Source of the DNA: Macrostomum lignano
Taxonomy: Eukaryota
Reading direction: 5' to 3'
NCBI GenBank assembly: GCA_002269645.1
Contig: NIVC01000013.1
Location: 868,001-932,000, forward strand
DNA: 64,000 nt
Below are positions 59,750 through 64,000 of the stretch, piece after piece. The notes under the pieces were generated by a model that saw only the letters and a program-made list of their open reading frames with translations, did no database searches and had not been told where the DNA came from. The position numbers and the translations under genes are program-made. Position 1 is the first letter of the stretch; every line of letters starts with the position of its first letter.

Positions 59750-60620
59750 TCCATCCCAGATCCTCAGATTGGATCCCAGATCCTCAGATTGGATCCCAGA
59801 TCCCCAGATTAGATCCCAGATCCTCAGATTGGATCTCAGATCCTCAGATTTGATCCCAGATCCTCATATTGGATCCCAGATCCTCAGATTGGATCCCAGA
59901 TCCTCAGATTGGATCCCAGATCCTCAGATTGGATCCCAGATCCTCAGATTAGATCCTAGATCGTCAAATTAGATCTCAGATCCTCAGATTTGATCCCAGA
60001 TCCTCAGATGAGACCCCAGATCCTCAAATTAGATCCCAGATCCTCAGATTGGATCCCGGATACTCAGATTAGATCACAGATTCTCAGATTAGATCCCAGA
60101 TCCTCAGATTGGATCCCGGATACTCAGATTGGATCCTAGATCCTCAAATTAGATCCCAGATCCTCAGATTAGATCCCAGATCCTCAGATTGGATCCCGGA
60201 TACTCAGATTGGATCCTAGATCCTCAAATTAGATCCCAGATCCTCAGATTGGATCCCGGATACTCAGATTGGATCCTAGATCCTCAAATTAGATCCCAGA
60301 TCCTCAGATTAGATCCCAGATCCACAGATTAGATCACAGATTCTCAGATTAGATCCCAGATCCACAGATTAGATCACAGATTCTCAGATTAGATCCCAGA
60401 TCCTCAGATTGGATCCCAGATCCTCAGATTGGATCCCAGATCCTCAGATTGGATCCCAGATCCTCAGATTGGATCCCAGATCCTTAGATTAGATCCAGAG
60501 TCATCAGAGTAGATCCCAGATCCACAGATTGGATCCCAGATACTCAGATTAGATCCCAGTTTCTCAGATTAGATCCCAAACCCCATATTAGATTTCAAAA
60601 TCCTTAGATTAGATCCAGAG
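59750..60620. repeat. 20-bp minisatellite (GATCCCAGATCCTCAGATTG) filling ZDHHC intron 1
   Basis: Direct periodicity, about 43 copies. Confidence 0.95.
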
Positions 60621-60676
60621 TCATCAGAATATATCATAAATCTTGGATTAATAGAAAACTTACCTTTTTACCTCAG

Positions 60677-61188
60677 TCGAACGCTCGCACGAGCTCAGCA
60701 TCCGATGACGAGCTGGATAGTGCAGACGCGGATCTGGAAGCTGAGTCCAATCTAGACGAAGTCTGCTACAATGACGAGTCTGAAGGCGACACCGATGAGG
60801 ATGAAGACGACATTCGCAGCACATCCGGGATGCTGAGCTCTGTGCATAACGGCGGAGCCGGTAGCCTAGGCGTTGGAATCGGCCGGGGCCTGCTGTCTAC
60901 CAAGAAGCAACTGCCGAGCAGACAGAAGAACAAAACGAAGAAGATCCAACTGCCGTCTGCTGCTGCGCCGCCTGTCGAGTCGGTTGTTCAGCTACGATTC
61001 TGTCGGCACTGCATGCAGGAGCAGCCGCTGAGATCGCGTCACTGCGAAGACTGTCACAGATGCGTGGCCAGATTCGATCATCACTGCCCCTGGGTGGAGA
61101 ACTGCATCGGCGAGCGGAATCACTCTTTATTCCTGGCATTCATTGTTTGCCAGTTTGTGCTCAACTGTTGGACTGTCGGATTGCTCTG
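60677..61188 (+). CDS. ZDHHC12: ZDHHC12-like, exon 2 (acidic insert + DHHC-CRD)
   Basis: acctcag|TCG; RFCRHC...[31 protein letters not shown]; donor TG|gttggt (phase 2). Confidence 0.9.
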
Positions 61189-61324
61189 GTTGGTTGTGTT
61201 CCTACTGTTAGTAGCTTGAATGAACGAATGAAAAACCAGCTGTTTCTGTGTCTCTTTAGATTGTCCTCAGTAACTTAGAATTGACGATCTGCTAGTATTA
61301 CAATTGGCCTCTTAATCCCCTGAG

Positions 61325-61730
61325 AATCGCCCCTCAGTTTTCTTTAACAATCGCCACTCGTTTTTAAATAAGTATCGGCACTCAGCCATTAATCAGAATC
61401 GCCATTCAGTCACTGATAAGAATCGCCCCTCAGTCCACAATACAAGAATCGCCCCTCCGTACCTACAAGAATCGCCCCTCAGTACCTACAAGAATTGCCC
61501 CTCAGTACCTACAAGAATTGCCCCTCAGTACCTACAAGAATTGCCCCTCAGTACCTACAAGAATTGCCCCTCAGTACCTACAAGAATCGCCCCTCAGTTC
61601 CTACAAGAATCGCCCCTCAGTTCCTACAAGAATCGCCCCTCAGTTCCTACAAGAATCGCCCCTCAGTACCTACTAGAATCGCCCCTCCGTACCTACAAAA
61701 ATCGCCCCTCAGTTCTTACAACAATCGCCC
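61325..61730. repeat. About 23-bp minisatellite (AAGAATCGCCCCTCAGTACCTAC) in ZDHHC intron 2
   Basis: Direct. Confidence 0.92.
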
Positions 61731-61752
61731 TGTAACGCATGTCCCCCCGCAG

Positions 61753-62086
61753 GCAGTCCATTGAGCAGCACACGGAGCCAGGCCGATGGCTCTGGTTCAA
61801 CTGGCCCTACGTTGGCGGCCTGGGCATCGCCCTGATATCTGGCGTGCCGCTGCTATTCTTGGGCCTGTTCCACTGCTACCTAGCATGCAGCAATTCCACC
61901 ACCTGGGAGCAGGTGTCTCGCGAACGGATTAGCTATCTCAAGTATTTGTCATCCGACGCCTTTAATCCATTCCACGAAGGCTATTGTAGGAATTGCTTTC
62001 GATTCTGCTGTTCCAGATTTCCCTATCGATGGGATTTGGTTTACGCCAAGGCTCGAACCAAGGACGACGCTGAACCGGACGTTTAG
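61753..62086 (+). CDS. ZDHHC12: ZDHHC12-like, exon 3 (TM4, TTxE, NPF)
   Basis: ccgcag|G CAG; NSTTWE and FNPFHEG motifs; stop TAG. Three exons total 1131 nt = 376 aa. Confidence 0.9.
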
Positions 62087-62214
62087 CTTTAAAGCAATTA
62101 CATGTTCGATTCCCTCTTTTGATCATTTTCCACCGCTTATGCGAATTCGATTTAACCTCATTTGTCTTTTCCTCTTTCATTCGTTATTTCGGAAGTTATA
62201 TACGAATATATACA

Positions 62215-62560
62215 AATGGCCACTCAGTCACTGATAAGAATGGCCACCCAGTAACTGATAAGAATGGCCACTCAGTCACTGATAAGAATCGCCACTCAGT
62301 AACTGATAAGAATCGCCACTCAGTAACTGATAAGAATGGCCACTCAGTCACTGATAAGAATCGCCACTCAGTCACTGATAAGAATCGCCACTTAGTCACT
62401 GATAAGAATGGCCACTCAGTCACTGATAAGAATCGCCACCCAGTCACTGATAAGAATCGCCACTCAGTCACTGATAAGAATCGCCACCCAGTCACTGATA
62501 AGAATGGCCACTCAGTCACTGATAAGAATGGCCACTCAGTCACTGATAAGAATCGCCAGA
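62215..62560. repeat. 24-bp minisatellite (GATAAGAATCGCCACTCAGTCACT)
   Basis: Direct. Confidence 0.93.
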
Positions 62561-63149
62561 CGATCACTCAGACCATCCTAATGTCAACATAGATTTAAAT
62601 TCTTTCTCAAATACATTTGCACTTCATTGCGCTTGCATGACTCTATTGTGTTGTATCATTCATTCCGTTGTAAAAACATTATCTTTCATTGTTAAATCGG
62701 CGGTGACATTTTTCTTTTTAGTTGTTACATTTTTTATTTGAATTGTCTTCCTCTAACCTTGCCCAAGTTGCGATCAAAAATTGTGTTTTTATTAACATTT
62801 TACTATATTTTTACGTACTATATAACCTACTATTATTATAACTATTGGTTGTTGGCTGTATTGAATGTATGCGTGTATATTGCATGTATTATTAAATACG
62901 AATCGAATTATTGATTAATATGCACCTGTTTAGAATTGATTTTCATAATTTCTGGTCAAATAATTTTCATTTCTAAGACTTGTGATTGAATGTACGCGTT
63001 CTTATAAAATATTAATTTGTAAATAAGCGTGCGCTCGTAATAGTATCCTTTTACCACCTGCTTGTTTACATTGGAAGCAAAATAATTTCACGCAAAACTG
63101 TTTTGATACGGAATTTCCCAATTGTGCTTCTTGCCTTTATACATTATAT

Positions 63150-63740
63150 AAAAATCGCCCCCTCAGTCCCCAATATAAGAATCGCCCTCAGTACCCACTA
63201 TAAAAATCGCTCCTCAGTCCCCAATATAGCAATCACCCCTCAGTCCCCAATTAAAGAATCGCCCCTCAATCCCCAATATAAGAATCGCCCCTCAGTCCCC
63301 AATTTAAGAATCGCCCCTCAGTCCCCAATATAAAAATCGCCCCTCAGTCCCCAATATAAGAATCGCCCCTCAGTACCCACTATAAAAATCGCTCCTCAGT
63401 CCCCAATATAGCAATCACCCCTCAGTCCCCAATTAAAGAATCGCCCCTCAATCCCCAATATAAGAATCACCCCTCAGTCCCCAATATAAGAATCGCCCCT
63501 CAGTCCACAATATAAGAATCACCCCTCAGTCCCCAATATAAAAATCGCCCCTCAGTCCACAATATAAGAATCACCCCTCAGTCCCCAATATAAGAATCGC
63601 CCCTCAGTCCACAATATAGGAATCGCCCCTCATACCCCAATTTAAGAATCGCCCCTCATACCCCAATTTAAGAATCGCCCCTCATACCCCAATTTAAGAA
63701 TCGCCCCTCATACCCCAATTTAAGAATCGCCCCTCAGTCC
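63150..63740. repeat. 26-bp minisatellite (AAGAATCGCCCCTCAGTCCCCAATAT)
   Basis: Direct. Confidence 0.93.
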
Positions 63741-64000
63741 CAGCGCTGAGGCAGTTTTGCCCATTCCGCTAAAGAGATCTGTTTCTCAAAATTGACTGAC
63801 AGTTTGCAGCGAATTTTCAAGTTGTCTGTCAATCTAGAGAAAGTTATCGATGTTTTGTTTCGACACCAGGTGTCAATAACGGATGAATTCTGTATAGACA
63901 AGCCAGCATGACAGGCCTATCTCCCGAATAACTCAACAACATTCTCCCAGCAAATGCTTTTGTGGGAGTATTTTGGAAGCATACAGATGGTTCTTTTCGA

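Noticed and set aside
52715-63740. Regular 20-35-bp repeats as possible CRISPR arrays
   Set aside because: Head-to-tail units without unique spacers, no cas genes, eukaryotic intron context.

Overview
AT-rich, intron-containing eukaryotic (metazoan, probably invertebrate) genomic DNA. There are no prokaryotic features, CRISPR arrays or true RNA genes. Exon structures below were reconstructed by hand from splice sites and reading-frame phase. Genes, left to right: (1) first coding exon of an otoferlin-like ferlin (minus strand, rest beyond the left edge); (2) two tandem paralogous C2H2 zinc-finger genes (6.7-11.2 kb and 13.9-18.7 kb, minus strand), each made of four homologous finger-array exons joined by phase-1 introns, about 25 fingers per gene, with patchy near-identical tracts between exons and a 1-nt frameshift in the second gene; (3) a candidate membrane microprotein locus with two paralogous hydrophobic terminal exons and a 6-kb GATA/GACA satellite in its intron; (4) a 5-exon SLC2A/GLUT transporter with a GC-AG intron and altered sugar-site residues; (5) two Mutator-like elements with 8-bp TSDs, one encoding a Pygopus-type PHD plus a FLYWCH-like finger; (6) 6-exon odr-4; (7) 3-exon ZDHHC12-like palmitoyltransferase. 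Interspersed are two CORE-SINE copies, hAT-like and foldback MITEs, LINE and Penelope remnants, and about 15 different minisatellites, many intronic. The most interesting candidate system is the frame-preserving modular zinc-finger exon array.
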